A stretch of 64,000 nt of DNA from an uncultured Candidatus Peribacteria bacterium (GTDB lineage: Bacteria; Patescibacteriota; Gracilibacteria; UBA1369; 2-02-FULL-48-14): contig CAYHXO010000006.1 of NCBI GenBank assembly GCA_964360635.1, positions 438 through 64,437 of the forward strand. Reading direction: 5' to 3'. The notes beneath the pieces were generated by a model that was given only the letters and a program-made list of their open reading frames with translations, searched no databases and was not told the origin of the DNA. Both the position numbers and the translations under genes were made by a program. Shown here piece after piece: positions 53,140-63,143 of the stretch. How positions within the stretch are numbered: the first letter of the stretch is position 1; every line of letters starts with the position of its first letter.

Positions 53140-55224
53140 CTAACGATAAAGCAGCTTTATATCTAAATCAGATTCGAAGCTGTTTTTTAGTATATAATCA
53201 AAAGGTTCCTCTGGTGGATTTGGAAGCGGATAACTGGAAAGTAAGTCGCGTTCCGAAGTGAAGGTTTTTGTGAAGTCGATATTTTTTAGACCCGGCTGTT
53301 TGTAGACATGGAAATTGTATTCCGTGAAATTTCCGTTGAAAGACTTAGGAAGCGCGTATTGAATTGAAAATGATTTTGATTCGCCTGGATTTACGATTGA
53401 TTCAGTATAGAAATATGAAACTTCTTCAATTGGATCGTAGTAAAATTGAAGATCATCGCGAAGTACACCGGCAGTTGACAGTATTCTTGAACCCTCTGGT
53501 AAGTAGATTCGAATTCCTGTTTTGTTAGGAGCATTTCCAAGTACTTTTTCAAGATCGGGATTCCATTTTGTGAAACCATATTCTTCTGTGATTTTTTTTA
53601 TCCATGAAAGAGTTGAGGCGTTAAAAGTGTGTGTTCGAGTGATTGAAACTGTTCCAACTACCCCTCCGTCTGTCAGGATTTGTGTATCGTGATTTATTGA
53701 AGTCTGCATGTAACGATCACTTTTATTAGCTCCGATATTTGTGAAAATAGGCATAAAATAATCGTCGCTGAGAGTGAATGCACCGTCTAAGTGAAGCTGA
53801 GTAATGAGGCTCTGTACTTCCGGGAATTTGTGGTAAGCAAGAATTTGTTTTTTACCCGCCTCAAGCATCACTCGCGCAGCGAGCTTCCTATCAATTTCAG
53901 TATTTTTTAGTTTTTCTAGAAATGATTTTACTAGCTCGTTTAGAATTTGTTTTGGAGAGCCTACTCCGTAATATTTTGATTCAACAAGTGTGCTTAAAAG
54001 TGTTGGTAGAGTTTCTGCAGAAATTGCTTTGCCCAAAGACGGCACTGTTAATGGACCGGTTTCTTCAAGCATTGCCTGCATTGCTGATAAATTTACACCT
54101 ATTACTCCGTCAACTCCCGGGCCCCCTTCTTGCTCAAGAAACCAAGCTGCTTTTTGTGCAGAATATGTGAAATCGGGAGAAATATTGCTATCACGCATTC
54201 GCCAAAATCTGCTTAATGCTTTTAGTTCATGAATTGGCACTTCGATTGGATTTTGATAAATCCCATCATATTCATAAACGTCATGGAATTCGTAATTTGT
54301 CAGTCGTCCATCATTTAAATCTACTAAAACGAAACTACCAATGAAGCCGCCACCCGGGCGCATTTCATCATTGTTCATTAAAAGTACAAGATAGCGTTGA
54401 GGATAGCGATGTCCGAGTAGAGTTAAAACCGCATCTTTATTTTCTACCCACATTTGGAACATCGCAGAAAGTGCTTTCACTTTTTCGCGAAAGTCGATAA
54501 ATTTTGTTTCGTAATCAGTTGTACTGAGATCTACGTTTGCGAGAAGAGCATTAATTTGTGTAAGTTTCTCAGATGCAGGCTCGATATCTGAAATTGAAAT
54601 TTGATCGAGATATTCAGTTAATGAGCCTTCTTTCGGTAGATTTTCAAAAGATGTTTTTGCAGTAGAAATATGTTGACCGACTTCTGCGATCAATGTCCCT
54701 GCATCAAGAATATTTCTTAAACTTTTTACTTCTGCAGGTTCAGCGAGCCATTCGGACTGATGAACAAGTAGAAATTTACTTTTTTCTTCCGCTTCTGCAA
54801 AAAGTTTTTCGGCTTCTTCAAAAAGAATCAGATCTGACCCCTCTTCACCTGAGATTACTGACTGGCCAGCTCCTTTCAAAGATGTGAAGGCTTGTGCAGC
54901 TGATGCAAGGGCCTCTTTACCTTTCGTTTTTCCCAAAAATAAAACTTGGCCAAGGTTCAAAAGTACAATCAAAAATACTGCCGTGGCAATCATTCCAATT
55001 CTTCCCAGACCTTGTTTATCAGGTGAAATTTCTCCAACGATACATATCCTGCCGGAAGAAGTTCTTTGTGATTTGATTTCTTCTTTTGTGTTGATTGTGA
55101 CGTTTTCATGAGCTCGAGATTTTTTTCGACTATCAACAGATTTTAAATTCAATAAATGCTCGGAAACCGTAGGTGTTTCTTCTTCGCTCAAAATCTCCGG
55201 ACCAATGTCTAATTTGAGGTTCAT
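53140..55224 (-). CDS. DUF4012-domain membrane-anchored protein
   Basis: One N-terminal TM segment. RYLVLLMNNDEMRPGGGFIGSFVLVDLNDGRL matches the DUF4012 core as I recall it. Confidence 0.7.
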   Translation of the reverse strand: MNLKLDIGPEILSEEETPTVSEHLLNLKSVDSRKKSRAHENVTINTKEEIKSQRTSSGRICIVGEISPDKQGLGRIGMIATAVFLIVLLNLGQVLFLGKTKGKEALASAAQAFTSLKGAGQSVISGEEGSDLILFEEAEKLFAEAEEKSKFLLVHQSEWLAEPAEVKSLRNILDAGTLIAEVGQHISTAKTSFENLPKEGSLTEYLDQISISDIEPASEKLTQINALLANVDLSTTDYETKFIDFREKVKALSAMFQMWVENKDAVLTLLGHRYPQRYLVLLMNNDEMRPGGGFIGSFVLVDLNDGRLTNYEFHDVYEYDGIYQNPIEVPIHELKALSRFWRMRDSNISPDFTYSAQKAAWFLEQEGGPGVDGVIGVNLSAMQAMLEETGPLTVPSLGKAISAETLPTLLSTLVESKYYGVGSPKQILNELVKSFLEKLKNTEIDRKLAARVMLEAGKKQILAYHKFPEVQSLITQLHLDGAFTLSDDYFMPIFTNIGANKSDRYMQTSINHDTQILTDGGVVGTVSITRTHTFNASTLSWIKKITEEYGFTKWNPDLEKVLGNAPNKTGIRIYLPEGSRILSTAGVLRDDLQFYYDPIEEVSYFYTESIVNPGESKSFSIQYALPKSFNGNFTEYNFHVYKQPGLKNIDFTKTFTSERDLLSSYPLPNPPEEPFDYILKNSFESDLDIKLLYR

Positions 55225-56819
55225 TTGAACTGAAGTGAGTGTCTAGTGAATATACCGTCATCAAACACTTTACGTGTTGTTGCGAAATTTTTAAAGCCTT
55301 TTAACAGGTCTTTTAAGATATTCCCATCAGGAAGCAGTTCAATGTGCAGAATTGAGATCTCATCAGAGCCCGATAAAAGCTGACCGTAGTCACGAATTGA
55401 ACGCTTTTCGGCACGGCCGTCCATCTTGTCTAAAATGTCAAAAAGATCTTTCTCATTTGTCGCAAAAACTGCTTTATCATCTAAAATTGCGATGCTGGCA
55501 AAAGATTTATCTCCGGCTTTCCATTCAACATAAGTGTGACCTTCATAATTTTTATCTATCTGTGTTAATGGCACAAGTGTTGCTTGAGTTTCTGTCACTT
55601 TATTTCCATCTATTTCCACTTCGACCTGCCTTTCATTTTTATATTGATAAGTTCGTGCAAAAAGATCTCGAAGTTTGTAAATTTCACTGCTTTCTTCAAG
55701 AGTGATTTCAAGAATTAATACTACCGATTCAGGACTCATTGCAAAAAGATATTCACCATCTAGGATTGGGTAAATTTCTTTTTCGAGATCGATTCCTTCT
55801 CCTAAATACTGAAGTGCTGTCGCCTTAATTGAAGATTCAAAAATTAGTGCTGCGCTTGAGTGAAGTGCATTTAACAGATCAATCATTCTAAAAACCTGGG
55901 CTTTGATGTTATGGCCTCCCCATTCAAACAAAAAATTCTCAGGCAAATATGGTAAAAATTTCTGTTCATATTTTGTGTCATATCTGAAAAATGCCTCGTT
56001 TTCGATTCTACTTTTATCAACTGCTGTAAAAGTTTCAAGATTCCAACCTGAATCGCTCATTTTTATAGTGCCTCCAAAAGATGAAAAAATTTGAAAAAGT
56101 GATTCCATGAAGCCCAGTTCGTTTACGCCGATTTTTGCAAACGCTTGCGCGATGTACAACCTTGTTTTCGGTAGATTTGAGTAGAAAAATGCAGAAGAAA
56201 AATATTGTAAACGTGAGCGTAAATTTTGATAATTTTCCGTGTCTATGATTTTTTCGTTGTCATCTAGAATTTCTTTGAGAATCTCCGGTTTTGTAGAAAA
56301 AGCCAAAAGATTTTCAGTGAAAGCGAATGAAAAAGGGTGGGAAACAGGATAAGAATAAATATTATTTTCTTCTGATAATTCTTCATCAGGGATGAGAAGA
56401 GTTTTTAGATATTTAAGGGCTTTTTTTTCGGATTTAATTTTGAAAAATATCACAGGTTCTTCAGACACGAATGCAATTCCAATTTTGTCATCAATAAAAT
56501 CGAGTTTTTCAGGATTTGATCCAAGATAATATTCGAATGGAATTTGTAATTTCGAAGCTGCAAAAGGGCTATCATCTGGTAACGCATCTGCCGATGCCAA
56601 ATAATCTTCAATTGAAAATGTTGCGAACGCGAAAGTATCTTCCGCAGGTAAAATTGCCGCAAGATCGGGCAGTTTTTGAGTTCGCATATAAATGAAAAAA
56701 ACGAAAATCAGAGCCGCAAGCAAAAGGCTGGCAATCAGCAGACTTTCAGAAACGTAAAGCTGCATTTTATAGACAACTCTAACAAGTTTCTCCTTAAAAT
56801 TTGATATTTTCTCTTCCAT
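55221..56819 (-). CDS. Hypothetical membrane-anchored protein (532 aa)
   Basis: One N-terminal TM segment. It has an ATGA overlap with the DUF4012 gene, so the two are probably co-transcribed. Confidence 0.5.
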   Translation of the reverse strand: MEEKISNFKEKLVRVVYKMQLYVSESLLIASLLLAALIFVFFIYMRTQKLPDLAAILPAEDTFAFATFSIEDYLASADALPDDSPFAASKLQIPFEYYLGSNPEKLDFIDDKIGIAFVSEEPVIFFKIKSEKKALKYLKTLLIPDEELSEENNIYSYPVSHPFSFAFTENLLAFSTKPEILKEILDDNEKIIDTENYQNLRSRLQYFSSAFFYSNLPKTRLYIAQAFAKIGVNELGFMESLFQIFSSFGGTIKMSDSGWNLETFTAVDKSRIENEAFFRYDTKYEQKFLPYLPENFLFEWGGHNIKAQVFRMIDLLNALHSSAALIFESSIKATALQYLGEGIDLEKEIYPILDGEYLFAMSPESVVLILEITLEESSEIYKLRDLFARTYQYKNERQVEVEIDGNKVTETQATLVPLTQIDKNYEGHTYVEWKAGDKSFASIAILDDKAVFATNEKDLFDILDKMDGRAEKRSIRDYGQLLSGSDEISILHIELLPDGNILKDLLKGFKNFATTRKVFDDGIFTRHSLQFK

Positions 56820-56852
56820 AAGCGTTTAATGCCGCGTGATTATACCTGAATG

Positions 56853-56867
56853 TCTAGACAAAGAAAA
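56853..56867 (+). repeat. Left copy of the exact 15-bp direct repeat TCTAGACAAAGAAAA
   Basis: An identical 15-mer recurs at 58281-58295. The two copies bracket the AbiEi/AbiEii pair. Confidence 0.6.
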
Positions 56868-56976
56868 TGCATCGAGGAATTTGAGGGGGATTTCAATTGA
56901 GCTTGAAAAGAAATGACTAAAGTGATACAATGAGAGCTAAAGGTAAGAATAAATCTTACATTTAGCCTCCATATGT

Positions 56977-57543
56977 ATGAATGAGCTGCTAAGATCAAAA
57001 CAAACAGTATTCTCTTTTAAAGAACTTATTTTATTGTGGGGAAATCTCGAGGTAAAAACAGCAAAATCCAGGGTGAATTATTACGTTAGGAAAGGGCAAC
57101 TTTATCACATTCGTCGTGGCCTATATGGCAAAGATAAAAACTATGACAGATATGAATTAGCAAATAAAATTTTTTCGCCTTCTTACATAAGTTTTGAAAC
57201 TGTCTCCGGTGCCGCCGGACTAACTTTTCAATACTATAGTCAGATTTTTCTTGCATCGTATCAAACTAGAGAATTAATTTGTGATGATCAAAAATTTAGC
57301 TTTAAAACTATTAAAGACTCTATTCTACTCGATACAACTGGAATAGAAAAACGTGAGAGCTATTATATCGCAAGCCCTGAAAGAGCTTTTTTAGATATGA
57401 TTTATCTTCATCCAACTTACTATTTTGATAATCTTTCAACATTAAATTGGGAAAAAGTATATGCAATTTTACCGATATATAACTCCAGAAGAATGGAAAA
57501 AGCTGTCAAAGTATATCAAGATGAATACATGAAAAGTCTTTAA
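56977..57543 (+). CDS. AbiEi-like antitoxin/transcriptional regulator (type IV TA)
   Basis: 188 aa immediately upstream of an AbiEii-like gene. The N-terminal stretch is wHTH-like (FSFKELILLWG...VNYYVRKGQLYHIRRGLY). Confidence 0.6.
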   Translation: MNELLRSKQTVFSFKELILLWGNLEVKTAKSRVNYYVRKGQLYHIRRGLYGKDKNYDRYELANKIFSPSYISFETVSGAAGLTFQYYSQIFLASYQTRELICDDQKFSFKTIKDSILLDTTGIEKRESYYIASPERAFLDMIYLHPTYYFDNLSTLNWEKVYAILPIYNSRRMEKAVKVYQDEYMKSL

Positions 57544-57552
57544 TTTAATTTT

Positions 57553-58257
57553 ATGACTCTAAATCAGGCAACACATAGAACTATTTTCATAAAAATTCTG
57601 AGTGATATTTTTAAAGATCCTACTGTAGGTCCTGTTTTAGGCTTCAAAGGAGGTACAGCGGCTTACTTATTTTATGATTTAAATAGATTCTCTGTTGATC
57701 TTGATTTCGATTTATTAGATATAGAAAAAAAAGATTACGTTTTTGAGCGAGTAAAAAATATTCTTGAAACTTACGGAACTTTAAGAAATGCAGATGTAAA
57801 AAGTTATACCCTTTTTTATCTTCTTTCCTACCACGATAAGGAGAAAAATCATCAAAATATAAAGGTTGAAATAAGTCATCGTGAATGTGAGTCGAGATAT
57901 GAGGTTAAATCTTATATGGGAATTTCAATGAAAGTTATGGTTAAAGATGACATGGTAGCCAATAAATTACTAGCAATGAAAAATCGTATGGGACGAGCAA
58001 ATCGAGATATTTTTGATGTATATTTTTTCCTAAAAAATGATTGGCCGATAAATAAAGTACTGGTTGAAAAACGAAGCGGGCTAGCGTATATCAAATTTAT
58101 TGAGGAGTGCATTGAATCCCTAGAAAAAAGGGGTAGCAATGACATACTCTCGCGAATGGGTGAACTTCTAACTCAATCACAAAAAGAATGGGTTCGTTCA
58201 AAACTTGTTCCCGAAACAATTTTTTTGCTTAAACTTACTCTGGATAACGAAAGGTAA
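57553..58257 (+). CDS. AbiEii/AbiGii-family nucleotidyltransferase toxin (DUF1814)
   Basis: LGFKGGTAAYLFYDLNRFSVDLDFD is the characteristic NTase block. Confidence 0.8.
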   Translation: MTLNQATHRTIFIKILSDIFKDPTVGPVLGFKGGTAAYLFYDLNRFSVDLDFDLLDIEKKDYVFERVKNILETYGTLRNADVKSYTLFYLLSYHDKEKNHQNIKVEISHRECESRYEVKSYMGISMKVMVKDDMVANKLLAMKNRMGRANRDIFDVYFFLKNDWPINKVLVEKRSGLAYIKFIEECIESLEKRGSNDILSRMGELLTQSQKEWVRSKLVPETIFLLKLTLDNER

Positions 58258-58280
58258 CTTTATCTCTATGACACAAGTAA

Positions 58281-58295
58281 TCTAGACAAAGAAAA
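58281..58295 (+). repeat. Right copy of the exact 15-bp direct repeat TCTAGACAAAGAAAA
   Basis: See the feature at 56853-56867. Confidence 0.6.
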
Positions 58296-58397
58296 CTGCC
58301 GATGATAAGCACAAGTACTCTAATTTTATTTATGTCACTTGAATTCAGAAAATCATTAATTGACTCACGAATACTTTAGAATGACGGAGGTCAACTT

Positions 58398-58823
58398 TTG
58401 GTGACTTCACAATCGACTTTAAATTGGATGAATGAAGGCCTCGTGGAATATAATAGACAGATTTCGGATAGAGCATTTCGACCTAATATTTTACTTGATG
58501 GACTTCCGCCCAATGTGGAAGATTTAATTGATAGTGCTGTCATTAAACCCGGATACATGAAAGAAAGCGGTTTAAAACTAGTTAATGGAGTAAGGATGGA
58601 ATTCGGAAAAATGTGTGTGAGATGTGCTATTCCAAATATTGACCCTAAAACTGCTACTCATACTGCCGAACCGGGGAAATGGTTAGTAAAAAATAGACCG
58701 AGAAGACTTGATGTTCCCAAAGCAACTTTTGGTGTTAATGCGGAATTTGATGTTAGTGAAGGGAAACATCTTATTACCGATGATGACAAATTCATAATCA
58801 CTGGAGAAAAAACTTCATTATGA
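58398..58823 (+). pseudogene. MOSC-domain remnant (C-terminal part only)
   Basis: FRPNILLDGLPPNVEDLI ... CVRCAIPNIDPKT ... ATFGVNA are MOSC C-terminal blocks. The frame opens only with a TTG directly after an in-frame TAG, and the N-terminal beta-barrel part is absent. Confidence 0.55.
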
Positions 58824-58835
58824 TAAAATCGCCAC

Positions 58836-60887
58836 ATGAAAGCTTCTGAAGTAAGACAAAAATTCATCAAATTCTTCGTTGAGAGACACGAACACAAAGA
58901 GATTAAAGGCTCGAGTTTGATTCCTGAAAATGATCCTACCGTTTTATTTACAACTGCGGGAATGCATCCGCTTGTTCCATATTTATTGGGTGAAAAACAT
59001 CCGGAGGGGCGAAGGCTTGTGGATGTGCAAAAATGTATTCGAACCGGAGATGTTGATGAAGTTGGAGATGATTCACATCTTACTTTTTTCGAAATGTTGG
59101 GGAACTGGTCACTTGGAGATTATTTTAAAAAAGAAGCGATTAATTTTTCTTATGAATTTTTAACGAGTGAATTGGGAATTGATCCTGCACGAATTTTGGT
59201 TACTTGTTTTGAAGGTGATGAAAATGCTCCGAGAGATGAAGAGGCTGCGGAAATTTGGCGAGAGCTTGGAATGACTGTTTTCTTTTATGAAAAGAAAAAA
59301 AACTGGTGGGGTCCTGCTGGATTAACTGGGCCATGTGGTCCGGATACTGAAATGTTTTATGATAAACACCCGGAGCTTGCTGCAGGCAAACATAAGGAAG
59401 GCGCAAGTGAAGAGCTCATCAAGAAATATGCAATTGCGAGTGGCGAATGTCACCCAAATTGTGAATGTGGAAGATATGTGGAGATTTGGAATGATGTTTT
59501 CATGCAATATAATAAAAATGAAGATGGAACTTTCACCCCTCTTGTTCAGCAGAATGTTGATACTGGAATGGGTCTTGAGCGAGTTGCGGCACTTTTGCAG
59601 GAGAAAAAAACTCCTTTTGAAACTGAACTTTTTGAGCCGGTGATGAATAGAATTCGTGAGCTTGCAAAGGATTATAATGAGACTAGCGCGCGTGTTGTTG
59701 CAGATCATATACGTGCGGCTGTATTTATTTTAGGTGATGAGCGAAGTGTTTCGCCATCAAATAATGATCAAGGTTATGTTTTGAGAAAAATTATTCGCCG
59801 AGCTATAAGACACGGAAGAAAAATGGGAATCTCGGAAGGCTTTAGTGTTCAAATTGCACGTTTATTTTTGGGAATTAACGGAGAGTATTACAAAGAGCTG
59901 ATTAAGTATGAAAAAAGAATTTTGGATGAATTGAAAAAAGAAGAAGAACAGTTCCAAAATGCGCTGACTGCCGGTGAGATGGAAATTGAAAAAGATATTG
60001 AAAAAGTAAAAGAGTCTTTAGAAATTTTGAGCAGCGATAATGTTGTTTCACAGCTTGAAAAAGCTCTGAATGGCGTATCATCAATAATTTCTGCAGGAGG
60101 ATGTTTGGAGGTTTTTAATAAAACTTTGCGGCCTTTGATGGGAAAGTTGAGAGCTGAATTCAAGGGTGAAGCGGCAAGTAAAAAAATTGATGAAGAAGCG
60201 CTTGGCACGGTTAGAGAAAAAGCGAATTATTTGAAAACTGAAGGTTGGATTTTGCGTGGTGATCGAGCGTTTTTATACTATGAAAGCTTCGGATTTCCGC
60301 TAGAAATGACTGTTGAAATGATGAAGGAACGCGGCATTGAAGTTGATCGTGAAGGATTTGATAAAGCATATGAATTACATCAAGAAAAATCACGAGCCGG
60401 AGCTGAACAAAAATTCGCAGGAGGGCTTGTAGATCATAGTCATGAAAGCAAAAAACTTCACACTGCGACACATTTGATGCTTGAAAGTTTACGCAGACTT
60501 TTCGGGAATCACATCGAACAAAAAGGATCAAATATTACGCAAGAAAGATTACGATTTGATTTTAATTTTGATAGAAAATTAACTGTAGAGGAGCTGGCGA
60601 AAATTGAGAAGTTTGTGAACGATGCAATTAAGGCGGATTATAAGGTTCACTTTGAGGAAATGACTGTTGAAGAGGCGAAAAAATTAAATGCTACCGGGAT
60701 TTTCGTTGATAAATATGAAGGAGAGTTAGGTGGAAAAGTAAAAGTATATTTCATGGGAGATTTTTCAAAAGAAATTTGCGGCGGACCACACGTTGATCAC
60801 ACAGGCGAATTAGGTTCATTCAAGATTACTAAGGAGGAGGCAAGCTCAAGTGGAGTGAGAAGAATAAAAGCGGTTGTAGGCAAATAA
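58836..60887 (+). CDS. alaS: Alanine--tRNA ligase, shortened form without the C-Ala domain
   Basis: MKASEVRQKFIKFF..., TTAGMHP, FFEMLGNWSLGDYFK, the editing-site HTATHLM and ICGGPHV are present. The protein ends at GVRRIKAVVGK (683 aa). Confidence 0.9.
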   Translation: MKASEVRQKFIKFFVERHEHKEIKGSSLIPENDPTVLFTTAGMHPLVPYLLGEKHPEGRRLVDVQKCIRTGDVDEVGDDSHLTFFEMLGNWSLGDYFKKEAINFSYEFLTSELGIDPARILVTCFEGDENAPRDEEAAEIWRELGMTVFFYEKKKNWWGPAGLTGPCGPDTEMFYDKHPELAAGKHKEGASEELIKKYAIASGECHPNCECGRYVEIWNDVFMQYNKNEDGTFTPLVQQNVDTGMGLERVAALLQEKKTPFETELFEPVMNRIRELAKDYNETSARVVADHIRAAVFILGDERSVSPSNNDQGYVLRKIIRRAIRHGRKMGISEGFSVQIARLFLGINGEYYKELIKYEKRILDELKKEEEQFQNALTAGEMEIEKDIEKVKESLEILSSDNVVSQLEKALNGVSSIISAGGCLEVFNKTLRPLMGKLRAEFKGEAASKKIDEEALGTVREKANYLKTEGWILRGDRAFLYYESFGFPLEMTVEMMKERGIEVDREGFDKAYELHQEKSRAGAEQKFAGGLVDHSHESKKLHTATHLMLESLRRLFGNHIEQKGSNITQERLRFDFNFDRKLTVEELAKIEKFVNDAIKADYKVHFEEMTVEEAKKLNATGIFVDKYEGELGGKVKVYFMGDFSKEICGGPHVDHTGELGSFKITKEEASSSGVRRIKAVVGK

Positions 60888-60929
60888 ATATTACTCTAAA
60901 ATTTCATTACTTTAATTTATTTTCGTTTT

Positions 60930-61322
60930 ATGAAAAAGACTATTTCACTAAGTTTGTTAGGTTTTTTGGTTTTAACAGGATGTGGAGGTCCAACAAAGGT
61001 GGCATATCACAGCAGTGAATTCACTTATGACTCAAGCGTTTTTGAAAGTTTTTCAAATGACATAACAAGCGGAATCGGAGCAAAGGGTGATGAATCTTGC
61101 TGGATTGATCTTACCGGAGACTTATCAAGTCCATTGGACAGTGAAGAACTGCAAAATGCGACAGAAGGAAATATGACTCTAATGAGTGATTCAATGGGAG
61201 TTCCTCAATATATTTCATTCGGTATCGGTAATGAAATAGTTTACGCAAGAGTTAGTGTTGAAGACACTGATAACTGCACAGGGAAATTGGTAGCTTTGGC
61301 TGAGATGAATGCGACTAAATAA
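60930..61322 (+). CDS. Lipoprotein, function unknown
   Basis: Lipobox FLVLTGCGG. Confidence 0.5.
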   Translation: MKKTISLSLLGFLVLTGCGGPTKVAYHSSEFTYDSSVFESFSNDITSGIGAKGDESCWIDLTGDLSSPLDSEELQNATEGNMTLMSDSMGVPQYISFGIGNEIVYARVSVEDTDNCTGKLVALAEMNATK

Positions 61323-62673
61323 GCTCGCCGTCCAGATGCCAATCGCCGGAACTTGTGACTCGCACATTTGCTAGTTGGCCTAGCAATTTTCTGCCGGATT
61401 GAAAGTGAACTTCTTTGTTTTCACGTGAACGGCCTATGCAATGTTGACTAATTTGCTGTTCAACTAAAACCTCGACAATTCTATTGATGAATGCCTTGTG
61501 TTTTCTATTGGAAATTTCTTTAACAAGAGAGTTTAGTTCATGCCACCGTCGAGCTTTTTCTTGAGGAGAAACGCTATCTTCTAGTTTCTTATCTGAGTAA
61601 GTTCCCTTTCGTGGTGAATAGCGATTATTAAAACAAAAATCCCATTCCATTTCACGATACATGTTCAATGTATTTGTGAATTCTTCTTCAGTTTCGCCAC
61701 AAAATCCTACAATAATATCAGTTGAAATTGAAATGTCGGGAATGGCTTTTTTTAGCTTGTTCATTATGTCTTTATATTCGGCGGTTTTGTAATTTCTGTT
61801 CATGCGGCGGAGCACTCGGTCGTCACCTGCTTGAACCGGCATGTGAACATATGGGCACATAGTCCGAAGCTCTGACATTGCTTGAATTACTTCATCAAAA
61901 AAATCCCGTGGATGTGGTGATGTGAAACGAAGACGACGAAGGCCGAGGTCATAAAGCTTGTCGATTTCTCGGAGTAAAGCAGCAAAAGGGCTCAGGCCGA
62001 ATTCGACGAATTTGCCGGATTTCTTATCGTTAAAAGAAAGGCCATAAGAGTTCACCGTTTGGCCAACTAGTGTGATTTCTAAGGCGCCTTCAAGCACATG
62101 TTTTTTGCATTCTTCAAGTATCTCATTGAAATCTCTGCTGGCTTCACGGCCACGAGTGAATGGAACAATGCAGTAAGTACAAAATTTGTCGCAACCGTTT
62201 GAGATTGGAACAAATACAGCAAAATTTGAGGTTTTTTTGGGGTTTATTTTGAAGTAATTTTCGAGTGTTCCATCTTCAATGTCGTCTGTGAAAGTTAGGA
62301 GTGGATCTACTGTTTTTAATAGATCTGGTAATTTTGCAACATCTTCAATTCGAAAAACGAAATCTACTTCGGGCATTCTTTTTAGAATATCGTCGATTTT
62401 GGGGTCCGTTTGTGTTGAAGAACTACGAACCATGCAACCTGTTACAGTAACTTTCAGATTTTTGTTGGCTTTTTTTAAGGTGGCGATTTGCTTGCGGAGT
62501 CCGAAGAGTTTGTCTTCAGCTTTTTGTTTAATTTGGCATGTATTGTAAATAATAATATCAGCTGATTTTTCATCATCACCGAGCTCATAACCGATTCGTT
62601 CAAGAACACTGGCAACGCGCTCCGAATCAGAGTAATTCATGGCACAACCGAATGTTTTGATGTGATACTTCAT
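61315..62673 (-). CDS. miaB: Radical-SAM methylthiotransferase, MiaB-like
   Basis: N-terminal IKTFGCAMNYSDSE, the radical-SAM motif CDKFCTYCIVP, and a C-terminal TRAM-like region. Confidence 0.8.
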   Translation of the reverse strand: MKYHIKTFGCAMNYSDSERVASVLERIGYELGDDEKSADIIIYNTCQIKQKAEDKLFGLRKQIATLKKANKNLKVTVTGCMVRSSSTQTDPKIDDILKRMPEVDFVFRIEDVAKLPDLLKTVDPLLTFTDDIEDGTLENYFKINPKKTSNFAVFVPISNGCDKFCTYCIVPFTRGREASRDFNEILEECKKHVLEGALEITLVGQTVNSYGLSFNDKKSGKFVEFGLSPFAALLREIDKLYDLGLRRLRFTSPHPRDFFDEVIQAMSELRTMCPYVHMPVQAGDDRVLRRMNRNYKTAEYKDIMNKLKKAIPDISISTDIIVGFCGETEEEFTNTLNMYREMEWDFCFNNRYSPRKGTYSDKKLEDSVSPQEKARRWHELNSLVKEISNRKHKAFINRIVEVLVEQQISQHCIGRSRENKEVHFQSGRKLLGQLANVRVTSSGDWHLDGELI

Positions 62674-62675
62674 AT

Positions 62676-63143
62676 TTAGCTAAGTTCCGGGAGGGAAAAT
62701 ATAGCTGAAGCAAGCGAATAAGGAAATCTTTTTCGTAAGTCTGAGTATATCTCTGATTTTGCCTTTATTTCTATATTTGAGGCTTCGATGTGTTTATTTA
62801 GATCAGAAATATTTTTTTTTGCTTCATGAAAATTGATATTTTTTATGGATTGTGAGCTAGCGAAAAAACCCTGCAGGGTTTCAAGAATTTCTGTTTGGGA
62901 ACTGTCAGTGCGGCTTCTTAAATCAAGAAGTTTTCTCCAAAGATCTGTCGGTTCAGATGCTGCCTTATATGATTCAAGCAAATATGGAATTATGTCGCGT
63001 CGCTTAGCAAAATCGGTTTTTAAAATTGATTGAATTTGAGTAACTGCAATAAGATCTCTCATCAAAGAATTTCGCAACCAAAATAACCAAATAAAAATAA
63101 TTATTATTATTGCGCCTATTATTAGAAATAGATTTTCAATCAT
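62676..63143 (-). CDS. LemA-family protein
   Basis: One N-terminal TM segment. AKRRDIIPYLLESYK resembles the LemA RR.dLiPnLv block. Confidence 0.5.
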   Translation of the reverse strand: MIENLFLIIGAIIIIIFIWLFWLRNSLMRDLIAVTQIQSILKTDFAKRRDIIPYLLESYKAASEPTDLWRKLLDLRSRTDSSQTEILETLQGFFASSQSIKNINFHEAKKNISDLNKHIEASNIEIKAKSEIYSDLRKRFPYSLASAIFSLPELS

